From contig CM119385.1 in assembly GCA_051294905.1 (NCBI GenBank), forward strand, positions 16,182,001 to 16,246,000: a DNA stretch of 64,000 nucleotides. The letters are read 5' to 3'. The position numbers and the translations under genes are program-made. Source of the stretch: Botryllus schlosseri. Taxonomy: Eukaryota. The notes below the pieces were generated by a model. The model worked only from the letters and a program-made list of their open reading frames with translations. It searched no databases and was not told where the DNA came from. Shown one piece after another: positions 1 to 12,550 of this stretch (the first letter of the stretch is position 1; each line of letters begins with the position of its first letter).

Positions 1-1230
1 TATACATCATGGCAACTGAATATATACATATTCGAATATCGCACCAAAAGACAGTGGCACTACGCAGTGTTTCCCGACACCCCCTCATCACGCCTAAATC
101 AGAAAAAGAAAGTTGTTCCGCATTTATGACAGCTAATAATGAGACTCGTGAAGTTGGTGTAATACTATCATCATCCTGGGCATATTAGGTTTGAGTTGTG
201 ATGAGAACAATCTCATTCTAAAATCTCCAGTGTCCACGTCCCGTGCTGTCAAATCGGTTTCTGGTGTGCATCAGAAATTTTGTCACGGCACTGAAAATAC
301 GTTCTATCAAATATGAGCGGGGAAGGGCAGCAACGAAAAACTCAACCCGACTCCAGTGAGAGTAGTTCTATATTATTCAATTGTGAATCCGTAACGATTG
401 ATGAGACTATGGGAGATATTGAACTTTGGGTTGAACTCAAACTTGTTCTACACTAATCACTACACACTAATCATTTCATGTTCGAAACTTCACAGATGGG
501 ATTGATTATCCGCCGAGGAATTTCTAATTGGAATATATCCTGAAATCTAATCAAAACATCCTCGTGCCATTTTCTGAGGTGATTGATTTATATTTCTCCA
601 TCAAAATCGGGTATTCTAGCTGGAACGGTAGCTCATGCAAGCTTGAGAATTGCAACACTTCACGTCTTCACATGTCACAAAATATCACGGGCTTATTGAA
701 TCCGGACAGCGCCATTTTCACCTTTATCAGGTTTGAAACAGAAAAACAGAGACAGAAAGTAAAGTCACGTAAGGGCAAGACAGTTTATAGTAAAAAGCCA
801 CCGCACCATTGCAGTGAGCAATAACTGCTCAACACGTCGTAGTTCTCATAGCACACAATGAACCAGCACGCTTTTCAGGGATACTGCCGTTTGCTAAATT
901 AGTCCATCGATGGGCAGTATCAACCTTGTCAAGTACCAATGGTATTTTCCGGTACAGCTGAAAAAATAGACGGACGACCCTAAATTGCCCAGACTGAATC
1001 GATTCTGCATTTGTACTGTGAATTTAGCTTTTTTATCTTAATACTACGTCTTCTAAACCTACACCGCCCCCATTTACTCTCAGCGCCGCCAATCGTCCAT
1101 TTAATGACCAGCGCCCCATTCACGCAAGCGAACGCCCGCAGGGGGGCGCTGGCGCCTGCACTACAGTCAGCATTAGTCGCGAAGATACATCCAGCGAATG
1201 CGTTGCGAGATATCGTATTCATATAATCCA

Positions 1231-1480
1231 CAGCTGCAACACCAATGGCTTGCGGGTTCGAATCCGACCGAGGTCGACTCCAAAAGTCCAACCTAAGTGT
1301 TGGAGGTTTATCTAGGCTCCTCCTCGCCATCTCATCCGCGTGAGAGGTGACTTATAAAAGCCAGAAGTGGGTCGTGCTACAAGTCGACAGTCGAATAAAA
1401 ATGAAGAAAATCGACCTGTTGTAGCCTATATATGACCACAATATAGTCGACAAACACCATAAATACTACAAACAACAACA
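1231..1480 (+). mobile_element. tRNA-derived SINE, 5'-truncated copy
   Basis: B-box-like GGGTTCGAATCC at 1254-1265; body (TGTTGGAGGTTTATCTAGGCTCCTCCTCGCCATCTCATCCGCG...) matches copies at 25050, 31640, 37347 and 43638; ends in a (CAA)n tail. Confidence 0.6.
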
Positions 1481-2319
1481 TCCGGCTATTACGAAAGTAC
1501 CTACCTCGGATAAACTATGCTTTTTGTAACTACTTTCCTGAATACTTAGAGACTTTTCATTTTGTACTAGCACTACCAGTTGTTTTGATAATCTCATAAA
1601 TTGCTACTTCCACATGCAACTGAGTTGAAATTCACGTCGTTGCTTCTACTAGAGATGCGACGCTGACTATTTTGATAACTTCTAGGAATAAGTATCAAGA
1701 TGTGTATATATATATTGAAGGCTGTACAGACGTAACCTTCTATGAAGCAAGTTCTTCTGATTTACCCGTTTGGCGCGTCGTGGGAGCTTCTACTTCCGTC
1801 GCTGCTCCGCGAGTCGTTTCTCTTGGGGGCTTGCAAGGAGTCGGTTCCGTTCGACAGATTCGAGGCGAAGCGCTTGTAACCGGAAGCGTGCCCGGCGTCT
1901 GCTTCCATTCTGCCGTTGGAGATCGCTTGACACGCCAGCATATTCAAGCTAAAATAGCGTTTGCACTGATTATAATAATCTGTAATTATAGACCAGTACA
2001 TCCCAAAAACGCCTGCTACGTTTCAGTTGCGGGGTTTGGTTTATATTAGTGCTGTGCGGATCGACAAATTCTCCGGTCCACCCACGATCCTGTTTTTTAA
2101 AGCTCTTGTCCGACTCCAAGGCCGGGTTCTAAAATGACCCTGATCCGGTCCAAAAAACTCCGAGAATAGTTATCTGCTCACAGGATAGCATTGAATATTG
2201 AGTGAAACGATGCATACAGGAATTTACAAACTCAAAATTCAAGCCCAACCCTTATCCGAAGTAATTATGCCAACTTGGACTTAGCATGTGGTGTATTTCC
2301 AATAACGTTTCACTTAAAC

Positions 2320-2782
2320 CAGGGGCGGGCAACATACGAATCCACATTGTCTTCGTCACTATGGGCGAGAAATGGCTTTGAGGCAGACTTGGACAACTAG
2401 AAAATTTTCAGCTTTCCAAATTAGATTAGAATTAGATTACTGGCATTTCGCTCTAATTTAGTGCAATTAGACAACTAGAATTATCTAGTTATCCAACCGT
2501 ATACTTGGACAACTAGACAATTTTCAGCTTTTCCGAATTAGATTAGAATTAGATTACTGGCATTTTGCTCTAATTTAGTGAAATTAGACAACTAGAATTA
2601 TCTAGTTGTCCAAGTCTGCTTTGAGGTGACATTGCTGTCGTTAAAATACATTCATTAAATACGATATATTCCTTGTATATGTGGATAAATGGGCGAATAA
2701 TGTATCGATTCAGCAATCCGGCCCGCCAAGTACTTAATTTACCTATATCCGGCCCGCCGACTAGAGAAGTTGCCTGCCCCTG
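2320..2782. mobile_element. hAT-type MITE (CAGGGGCGGGCAAC family)
   Basis: TIRs CAGGGGCGGGCAAC / GTTGCCTGCCCCTG; perfect 8-bp TSD ACTTAAAC (2312-2319, 2783-2790); related copies at 31170 and 42159. Confidence 0.85.
2384..2618. mobile_element. Nested hAT-type MITE, head-to-tail dimer of a ~116-bp unit
   Basis: TIRs CAGACTTGGACAACTAGA / TCTAGTTGTCCAAGTCTG; perfect TSD CTTTGAGG (2376-2383, 2619-2626); two near-identical internal units. Confidence 0.85.
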
Positions 2783-3598
2783 ACTTAAACCATTGTTAGA
2801 TAGCTAGATACGCTACGCAACGCAAGCTAGGACCTTTTGATATATTACTATTCCCCATGACAGTTTTCTAGTTTGTTGCGTCCGTGGTCGTACCAAGTCA
2901 CGGCGTTCCGAGTCACAAATCCTTCTCTGAATTTAACGTTTGACCTGACTCAACTCGAGTCATTTTCATTTTATCATATGACAGTCAGTCCGAATTCGAG
3001 TAATATTACGAACGGTCGCGCTCAAGTCCAAATCACAATTTTCAGTCACGAATCATCAACGGGTCATGTTTTATCATCATGCGCTAGAAATGTGACATGT
3101 TATATGATTTTCCATCGCATGGTAGCTTTTGAAAGTGGTTTGATATAGTGAGGTTTGACAAGATTTAAGGTTATTGGAGTAGTTTTATGGTGTACTTTAA
3201 GTTATCGAATCTAAAAAAGATATGTGGCAGTTGAATATATTGTCGAATACATAAAAATCCAAAATGCTGACCTAAACAGTCGCATGTAAACAACTTATTT
3301 TTTGCAAATTGAATTCTGAAAGGTAGGAAGTAGTTTCGGGAAGAGTTTGCGTTTTTGAGTGAAATTGTTATGAGAACCGCGTGATATGCCACTGCATCAT
3401 CCCAACTCAATATATTTTCGGAAATTATACCTACATTCGTTGTGTCGTTAGTCAATTTGAATAAATCGCGGGGATATATATTGAAATTTTGGACGCAGAC
3501 ATATTGTGGTGATTCAGTACCTCGTGAACACTAGATGGTGTATATGCTGATTGCTTTCTGATTACCTCTACGTCGTGACTATTAAGTTCACTCTGTAC

Positions 3599-4562
3599 CA
3601 GTGTTGGGATCAAGTCACTACCTTCGAGTCACGAGTCATTTCGAGTCATTGCACATTTTGACTCGAGTCAAGTCAAGTCAATCGATTTTCGAAGGTGACT
3701 CGAGTCAAGTCAAGTCAGTCGATTTTTGGAGGTGACTCGAGTCAAGTCGAGTCAAGTCAAGTCAAGTCACGAGTCAAGTCACAATTCAAGTCAAATTGCC
3801 TTTTCGAGGTATGAGGCGTGATCACGTCATTGTATTTTGCTAGCTGTCTGATATACAAATTGAGTGGTCATTGATTTTGAGCCGATGAACGAATATAGAG
3901 TTAAATATACACGCAAGTAAGGCACTGTATCGCTCACATACAAGTACAACTAATAAACTACATAAGTAATTGCACAGCTTCAGTTTATAGTTACCAGCCA
4001 AAATAGAGAAACGAATTGATAAGATGCAATATATTATCCTTTTGCATATTGATATGATACAATTCGACCCTGCGCCAATGGTTGAAGACTATGTAAACTA
4101 TTTTCGAATTCAATTTCAACAAAACAAGAGGTTTGTTCAAGTTAAGAACGCAGAACAGAAATATACATTTTGTTATTAAATTACTTCACTATACTATAGT
4201 TTACGACAGCGTAGGCTGTAAGCTTCGATCACTTCGTTTGCAATCAATATATTTGTTAGAGAACAATGGAGGATCAGTAAAATGCACGATCAGTGAATGA
4301 TTGGTCGCTCTCACGGGTTACACCAGCGTTGCGCGAACAATCCGAACATATGCAAGATACAGTGATTTTTATCGACACCGAGATGACTTGAAATTGACTC
4401 GTGAATTTTGCTCCGAGTCACGAGTCAATCCACATTTCTGATACGCCGAGTCAAGTCAAGTCAAGTCATTTTAGCAAAGTGACTCGAGTCAAGTCAAGTC
4501 ATACGAAAAAGTGACTCGAGTCAGACTCGAGTCAAGTCATGACTCGAGTCATCCCAACACTG
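3599..4562. mobile_element. hAT-type MITE (CAGTGTTGGGAT family, GACTCGAGTC-rich ends)
   Basis: TIRs CAGTGTTGGGAT / ATCCCAACACTG; perfect TSD CTCTGTAC (3591-3598, 4563-4570); subterminal AGTCA/GACTC arrays; copies at 37666 and 56024. Confidence 0.9.
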
Positions 4563-5102
4563 CTCTGTACTAGTTGGGTGCGGCATCGTTTCTGTTCATT
4601 GTACCTGCGTTACCTGCGTTCTGTTCATTGTCGCGTTGTATTCGGATTTCATAGACACTAGCTTACTTTAACGTTGATAAAAGCATATGAGCCGATGGTA
4701 TTGAGTTTTATCAAAGGGTACAACAACTATACCAAATCCACTATTTGAAACTAATTCCTAAATAAAATTTTCAGACTTATCATTTTCTAATTCCAAATGA
4801 CATAGGTTTTGCAATGTCTCGGAAATCTCTAGAGTAGCAATTTACGGCGTTAAATCTACTACATTAGTAGCAATTCTGGCAACTTTGATCGTCACTGGTA
4901 TTAGACAAGTTCGCCTATACACGTTGGCGTGTTCGTTTTAGCATGAACGCAACGGTATAATATCGCTGGCTAAGCATTGGCAGTTAAGCATCCGCAATCA
5001 GGTAGACATATTTTGTAAAATTCGCAGTCGACTTACTCATTCATTCATTTTGTGTCTGTTTTTACAGATACAGCTGCAAGTCTCCAAAACCTATCCTGAA
5101 AA

Positions 5103-7201
5103 CTACCACGACGAAATAAAACCGGCCGAAGTATAAGCAGACCTGTTATAAAACGACTTTGCGAATTCCTTTTCCAGTGGCCCGGCGAAAAAGCTGGTCG
5201 GATCGGGTCGAAACACGGAAAGGAAATTTTCCTTCTTAGCTTGGCTTTCCTTGTTCGCGTGAGATTGGTGGGCCGGAGAAACTTGATCTTCTTCCGCTTT
5301 GCCGGATTTATCGGGTGGACACGACGAAGACTCGGTTATCTGCGAAGGAGATTCATACTTTCATAGGCTCAGTAATTGCGGATAGAGCGTCATCGTATTC
5401 AGTGATGGATAAAACTGTATAGACATATCGCGAACCTTGAAACACTAGGATGGAAGAAGCGTATAGTGACGCATTGAAGGCCTTTATCCCTAAACCCACA
5501 TTCTGCCTGGAATATTGCATTTTCGATATAACCATTTTGTAAATATATCTTCACGACCCATATTATGACAGTATATCCTTGGTTATTAGTGTGTAGTCCT
5601 CCCCGCTGGCGGGTCAAGAGCTCGTACTTCATGACAAATCGCGTCGTACTTCGGATGTTATCGTGCCATCACATTTTTACTAGCAACGGATGTCAGCAGA
5701 ATGTGGTAAATAAATATACCTTAGCTTCAACTTCTTCATGTGCATCTGTGCTTCCTAGATTATCTGCAGCGACCTGGGCTACGAATGGCTTCACCGCCGT
5801 ATCAGCGCCGTCTTCGTGGTATTTCGCGCCAGTGTTGCATTTGTCTTCTGAAAGTTCAACGTAAAGCAAATGATGATTTGCATGATATTATCGACCAGAG
5901 AGAGAGAAATACAAATAATTTAGTGACAGATACGATCGTACCAGGATTTTAAAAGAGCCCAAGCCAGTATTTCGTGGCATCATCCAAAGATGGGCAACGA
6001 ATCTATTTGGAATGTAAGTGCGTCACAAGCTCACAACTGTGTGTCATAGTAACGATTTTGTTCCATTGAATCGTTTGTCTAAATGATTAGCGATTTTTGC
6101 ATAAGAATGTGTAATATGCAATAGGCATAGGCATAGGCATACGCGGTATTAGTAAGATGTCGCAATGTTGGTTTTTGTACTCATCCTGCCCTAATGTAAT
6201 TCGTAAGGGGGTAATTCGGCTTTTAACAGGGCTCGGTAAGTTATAAATTAATCGAAGCATAGCTCGTAATTTATAATTGAGATCACTTCGCAGGGATGGT
6301 TAACGAATAATTGCAATTCCAATACATTATAACAGCAAACTTCCACACTGCAAGAAATAGTGTCCATATTAGCAAATTGATTCACTCCAAACATGTCGAC
6401 TGACTCTCATCAAGAGCAAGAGTAACTACGGACGGATCCAGAAAATTAGACTTGAAGCATAGAAAAAATTCTAACATTAAATCGCAATCACAACTGCATC
6501 CAAAAAACATATTGTGATCGAGAAAACAGTGTTTATTAAATATAACCCTCCCCCCCGTCACACGCCGAAACAAAGTACATAATAAACGAACCAGAGGTGG
6601 AATCGGGCCGTACACGTGCATACCTCAACCAACTCCAACCAGTTCAATCGTTAACCCGAAGGTTGAGTGCATTCAGATATGAGCCCGATTTAATCGCAAA
6701 AAATAATACAGCATTTTGAATAGTATATTAGCTGATTGATATGATCATTCGGCCAGATTTAAGTCCGAAATACATTTCTAAAGCCCGATCGAGCCTCCAC
6801 CTTTGCACCGGACAGTTCATCATGAACCGACCACGCATAGGGTATTATTGATTATGATATCATACCCATGAATCAACCACGTCACCACTATGTCATTGAG
6901 AGATTTGCTATCTTTACTAGACACTCATGCATGTCCAAATTGTCCATGCCATGCGGAATGTAAATCCCCAACCTTGCGCCGCGGACGCCTTTGTCGGAGA
7001 CATATCCGGTATTTCGCTGATTATCTGATTGCTAGTGTCCGGATTTTCGACTTCGTTCATGTCGCCGGTTGCTGACACGGTAACCCCGGATTGGGCGGGT
7101 TCCTTCTTCGACTTCTTCAAATTCAAGCTCTCTTGCGATAAGTCTCCAGTCTTGATAATGGGCAGGATTTCTTCTGTGGAATGCGTCGATCTTGTCCGCA
7201 T
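5103..7201 (-). CDS. Three-exon orphan gene, ~197 aa, acidic/Ser-Thr-rich disordered protein with aromatic C-terminus
   Basis: Model join(7201-6973, 5847-5720, 5339-5103); exons 229/128/237 nt, phases 1 and 0 fit; GT-AG sites (CAAG|GTTGGG, TTTCAG|, AAG|GTATAT, TTCGCAG|); exons GC-richer than introns. Protein MRTRSTHSTEEILPIIK...KASAAQEDKCNTG...EEVEAKITESSS...SFYNRSAYTSAGFISSW. No family recognised. Confidence 0.6.
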
Positions 7202-10200
7202 GCTTTAATTTGCATCGAATGGCTGCCGAGCGAGTCCCCGTAAAAGTTGCTGACAAGAGAAAATTCAACGGTAATCACGCGCGGTATTTCAATCGTCATT
7301 TGGTGATAATAATAATCGGGGGTGTAGAGATTTATAATGGCAATGCTGGTCATACTCATCCGTGGTGAAAAGGCGTTGAATATGCCATTATACGTGGTCA
7401 AAGATAACAAAGAAGTCGAAATAACCTACTCTAACCGTTTTCAATCGGTTGACCGGTGTCGGTCTGCGCCAATTGCGGACCGTCAAATATATTTCTATAT
7501 TATTATCAATTGCAGAGTGTACGAGGTCGAAGGTTTGCTCATTAATTAAAATAATAAAACACCAAATTTTGATTCAGTGATGTAGAACTTAGTTCTTGTG
7601 TCACAATACTGCAAGTGCTGTACCGATCTGTTTAAAGTCGCGTACAACTCGATAAGACCAGACATATGCGAGACCCATGCTTCATCAAAATTTCAGGAAA
7701 TGCGACAGTACAATTTAGCGACATTTTTGAGTGTATATCTCGCAAACAGCGAAGTTGCGTTTCTTTCTAAAGAAACCGAACATCCTAAATCACGTTGTCG
7801 GTTTTAACTGAACTTTGCCTTCCTGATATTTCAATAGAACCGCGCATTGCGGGTGTAATATCACAAAGACAGCAGCGGATATTTCAATGAAATAAAGCTC
7901 AAAATCTTTGATTTCAGTTGCATATACTTTTATCATAATTACATTTTAGGTTAATTTTGAATTATGAAAGTTCCCCACTCCGCAAAATTTATTTTGACTT
8001 TTTACCTGTCCGCAAGCTGAAAAGGTCGAGAACCACCGCCCTACTCCAAAATTGAGGGAAAGATCGCTTTCGCCTATAGCGCCCATGAGCGAATCTCTGA
8101 GAACTGAAAGCAAAATCTCTGATCTCATGTCGGGCCACCCGTATGGATAAATGGCATCGGAAAGAAAATCGTGACGTTTGTTAGCACACGACCGATTCCA
8201 CGAACTGAAGAGATGCGATAGACTTGAAGGCAGAAAGCGACTGACAACTGTACACTACATTACGACGCGTCATATGCCATCGTGCTGGCCCGGTTAGGTG
8301 TCGGCAACGCAAAGCACGATATAGATGGGAGGGCATTAACAATTAGATCGTTCCAATTGATCGGGAAGGCGGTGTCCTATCCGCTTTTATCTCGTCGTTG
8401 GCTAATGTATTTATATGTTATGATTTGCTGATGAGACCTGAACGATATCCCGGTTGTATTGGACGCGTGATATTATGGATCACGCGTGTGGAAAAGTCAT
8501 GTGTCCAACACATTTGCTATTCACACGTTACCATCCCTGTGTCGCGTAGTGCGGATGATCAGATCAATTGTTATGAAACAATGATACGATTTTTGAGTCA
8601 GTCCCACATAAAGTCTTGTAGCATCGCCCTAGTTTTTTTCAAATGGTGATACATCAGAAGTATGATGCGTTTTAACGCTTTCATTTACGATTTCAAAGCG
8701 TTTGATCTGGCACCATTATCGACTGATGTATGCATCACTGTCTCTTCTACTGTTTATGCGCACAAGTTGCAAATTTTTGATTTCGAGTCTGACTTTGGAT
8801 TGGTGGGACTGTATTTTTTGGTTATTGTTTCATTCATTTTCAACCTGCCGTTTAATAACTTACCGGCCACATTTTGGCTACGGACCTGGAGTTTGACATT
8901 CCTTATCAACAGCGTGGAATATTTTTTCCGATTATCTATTGCATATGTACACTGTACAGATAATAACGGAATTTAATATAGTGCTGTTAGAACAGATCTG
9001 TTTCGGGGGTTCATTTCTACGGGCATGCGCGCAACACAAGCCGGTCGGTTGAAATGCATGCAAAAGGCGAAATTGTATCCACATTAGGCCTAATATGCAG
9101 TTTAAACTATATTCATTATTCAAATAAGACAGTTTGCGATAGGCATAATAATAATTGAACAGATCGCGCTCTATAGGATAAAGTTCACAGTGCAGTTTAC
9201 ACTCCTACATAAAAAGCGTTCGCATAGAAACTCACTGGAACGAAGTTTGTCGGGGCCGGCGAGTGTACTTCCGTGTTAAAACGACTGTTTCGTTGATAAC
9301 CAACAGGATGCAGAGGAAGTCAACTCACTGCGTATAGAGAGACGCAATCTTATGAAGTCAAATCCGCCTGTCGGGGACAGCAACCATTTCACGGCGAAAT
9401 TTTCGAAGACGGCTCGGAATTCCCGTTGGTTTATTCCCACACACTCAACAATACCGTAGTGAAACTTAGCAACTAAGCTGGGATGCAGATATACACAGCA
9501 AGTCAATACACAGAAACCTGAGAAATCATTTTGTATCGGAAACTATGATACTTGAAAACACACGATTCTTAAAAATGCCCTCGATTTTCCATTATGTACA
9601 GATGTAAGCAAGATTTGGATTGGGGAAATGTGATGGGAAAATATTTGTGGCGTCACCATCGATCCGTAACCGGTTGGCGTAACTTCACAGCCATTCTCAT
9701 GCTTACGAGAAGGGACTCATATTTGATATGAAGTGAACATGATTTTTGTTGCGCTTTTTCTAATTCGGACTGTAATTCAATTTTTACGAATTCGATACCG
9801 GTAATTGTAATTATAATCTGAATCAAGAAGCTAAAAAAATTTCAGTTGTTCGTCTCTGCACGGTAAGACATGATCATTAGAGTCAATGTATTCGGAAGAC
9901 GAAGTATGCGATCGTCGTGTTTCGACTTGGGAGCGCATGCTCACACGCCCAAGGAGCGTGCGTTACTTGACAGTCTTACGATACGTCCGTGACGCCTTGA
10001 ATACATACCTAACTTCGATATGACTTTGCGAACGCCTCTACGGCGTCATAAAGAACTCAAAGCGACTAAAATAGCGACCTCATTCAGAAATACACAACGC
10101 CCGCTCCGTCACCAGAAATTACACATTCTGACTCGCACCACGAGGGCTGAACGGTTAGCGCGAGATCGCACAAGTGCGTATCCTTTAATGACGAGGCAAC

Positions 10201-10895
10201 GATTCGGATGGACTTCGAAGGCCGTTGCGAACTCCGCCACGGCATCATACGCCTCGAAAGCGTCATTTCCGGAATGGCGTTTTCTGGTCGCGAGACTCCG
10301 ATAATATCAACATGCCAGGTTCGATCATCGCACGAAACGCGCGCGGATCAATACGTGCAACTGGCAGCGGAATTACACTCGTCTCGTCGTTCAGCAAGCA
10401 TCGCGGACTTCGAAGGCCAGCGAAATCCGTCGTGATCGCGGCCAGCCGCTGCGCGGTCCAAGAATTCTCGCGTTTGAGACGCCGTTTCCGATAAAAGCAC
10501 CGGTCACGAAACTATACCACAACGCCAGCAGTTTAATCCATCACTGTTGCGAAGCTAACGGAATCATTTTTCGTTGACGGCCGCATAACCCGAATTAAGT
10601 AAGGCACTCTTACCACTGCCAAACTGCAATACCCGGTTCTCGGTATCATAGCTAGGACTCCAGACATGGCCTGGTTGTGCGACCGACAATTCGCTACTCA
10701 AAAGATTTGATGTTATAAATATCCTAGATATGACAAAATCTACAAATTGTCAAGCTTATGTATAAGCGCACTGTACCGCAAATTCACGGGACTTTTCCAC
10801 GCCGTAATCTAAAGCGCATCAGTACATAACCCGTGCGTCCTCGTCGTTCAAGTATATGCTCAACGCGAATTACAAGAAAACGCAGCGTTCTATCA

Positions 10896-11444
10896 CAGGG
10901 GTTATCCATCGGGCGTACGTGAAGCATTTTCAAGGGGTCCGCGAAACCTCAAAATTTGAAAAATGGTATATAACCTAATTTTTTTCTCCTGTGATATGCA
11001 CATCCGCTATTCCAGAATAACTTCAAGATGAGTTGCTAGATAGAAATGACTATGCTAAAAATCTGTTTCTAAATTTTGATGTCATATATGTCCCAAAGGT
11101 GACGTCAGAAGAGGTGCGTTATTATTACATTCGCCACCCCCTATATTTGTGGAAATGAGTTTTCGGCACTCGTTCATATCAAATAGACGGCGCGAATTTT
11201 CGAGACAGGCAGATTTCAAGAAATTTAACTACAGCAACCGCTTCCAAATAATAGAAGTCTTCCCAATTTCTACATAAACAGTAGGCTATACTTTCATGAA
11301 TGGCTATTTTGTTTATATTAGCGCATAAGAAAAATGACTGTTGCACGATAATGGAGCCAAAATTGAACCAATTCTTTTGGAGGCCGCGGGGGCCCGTGAC
11401 GGTCCAAAAGGAGTCCGCGAAGACAAAAACGTTGAGAACCACTG
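10896..11444. mobile_element. hAT-type MITE (degenerate)
   Basis: Ends CAGGGGTTATCC / GTTGAGAACCACTG; imperfect TSD TTCTATCA / TTCTAAGT. Confidence 0.5.
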
Positions 11445-11849
11445 TTCTAAGTATGGCGGACCACGACCGCGGAGCAGTGTGTCGTCCGACAGCCGTCCAG
11501 CATGTCCACTGACCAGTCTCCACATTCAACTCAAAATACAAGCAGATTCAACCGAAGGAATATTAGTATGCGCTCGAGATTACTAGACCACAATCTGATA
11601 TATTTATTTCGCCTACCGACGCATGCCACGTCATTTCGATCGCCTGTTCTTTTTATGTTATATTATTTTAGTTTTCATTCAGTGTACAATTTCTATTTTA
11701 TCGTAATCTTGTGTTGCTTTGAAATGATGAGGTTATTATTAAAACTGGGCTGAACGGTGCGTGCTATGCGGTACGGACAAGGCGTGTAGCTGCCTAGCGA
11801 GTCACTTGTTCCGCTTTTTTACTTTGCAGGGGTTGCCGATCGTTTAACG

Positions 11850-12344
11850 CGGCAAGGCCAACCCGTGGCCCGCGGGTCGTACATTACAATAACCTGAAAT
11901 AGTAGTAAAATTTTTCTTCGCGATTCGCGTGTTTAATTGTCACTCGATTTCTTTCGTGGTAGCCTATAGGCTATCCCCTCCTGGAATTGAAAAAACGCCC
12001 AATTTACCCGATTGAGTCTAACTATATTCGCAATTACGAGAGAATGCCTTTTCGCGTTAGCGCTCGCAGAAAAATCGTCGACGATGAAATGTAGGCACAA
12101 AATGATTGTCGGATATTAGCGGAAACCTTCGATATCGATATGTCCAGATGCCGATTAGTCCTGTCCTTGCAAACTGAGCCCAGCGGCGGTATACAGCAGA
12201 CCCGCGATATACTCAAGTAATAATATTATTGACCTGGTTCATTTATAAACTTTGAAAATTTTACGCGCATTGCACGGCTAGTGGCTCGCGCACTCGTTCA
12301 TCAATTGCATGTGGCCCTTTAGCCGAAAAGGTTGGCCACCTCTG
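11850..12344. mobile_element. hAT-type MITE
   Basis: Perfect TSD GTTTAACG (11842-11849, 12345-12352); ends CGGCAAGGCCAACC / GGTTGGCCACCTCTG with GGCCC subterminal motifs. Confidence 0.8.
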
Positions 12345-12550
12345 GTTTAACGATTGTGAACGCCCAGTTTGTACGCCCAGTTTAGGGACAGTTATGGCGA
12401 TATTTTCGAAAAGTCCGCACTATTTCTCAATTCCGTTTCCTTCCCGTTGATTCATTGGCCACAAATTGAAGTCACGCTGGGATGTGTCGATGGTGTAGGA
12501 ATCGTATTCCAACGCTTTATCGCGTAATATGCCATAATATACCATATAGT

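Noticed and set aside
3599-4562. AGTCA/GACTC repeat arrays as CRISPR or satellite
   Set aside because: Irregular subterminal motifs of a TIR/TSD-bounded MITE; no repeat-spacer structure.
5353-5632. Extra coding exon between exons 2 and 3 of the orphan gene
   Set aside because: No phase-compatible acceptor/donor pair; would require a 19-nt intron.
8006-8103. Upstream coding exon for the orphan gene
   Set aside because: Overlaps a MITE terminus; joining to 7249 gives an immediate stop. A UTR exon is possible but unsupported.
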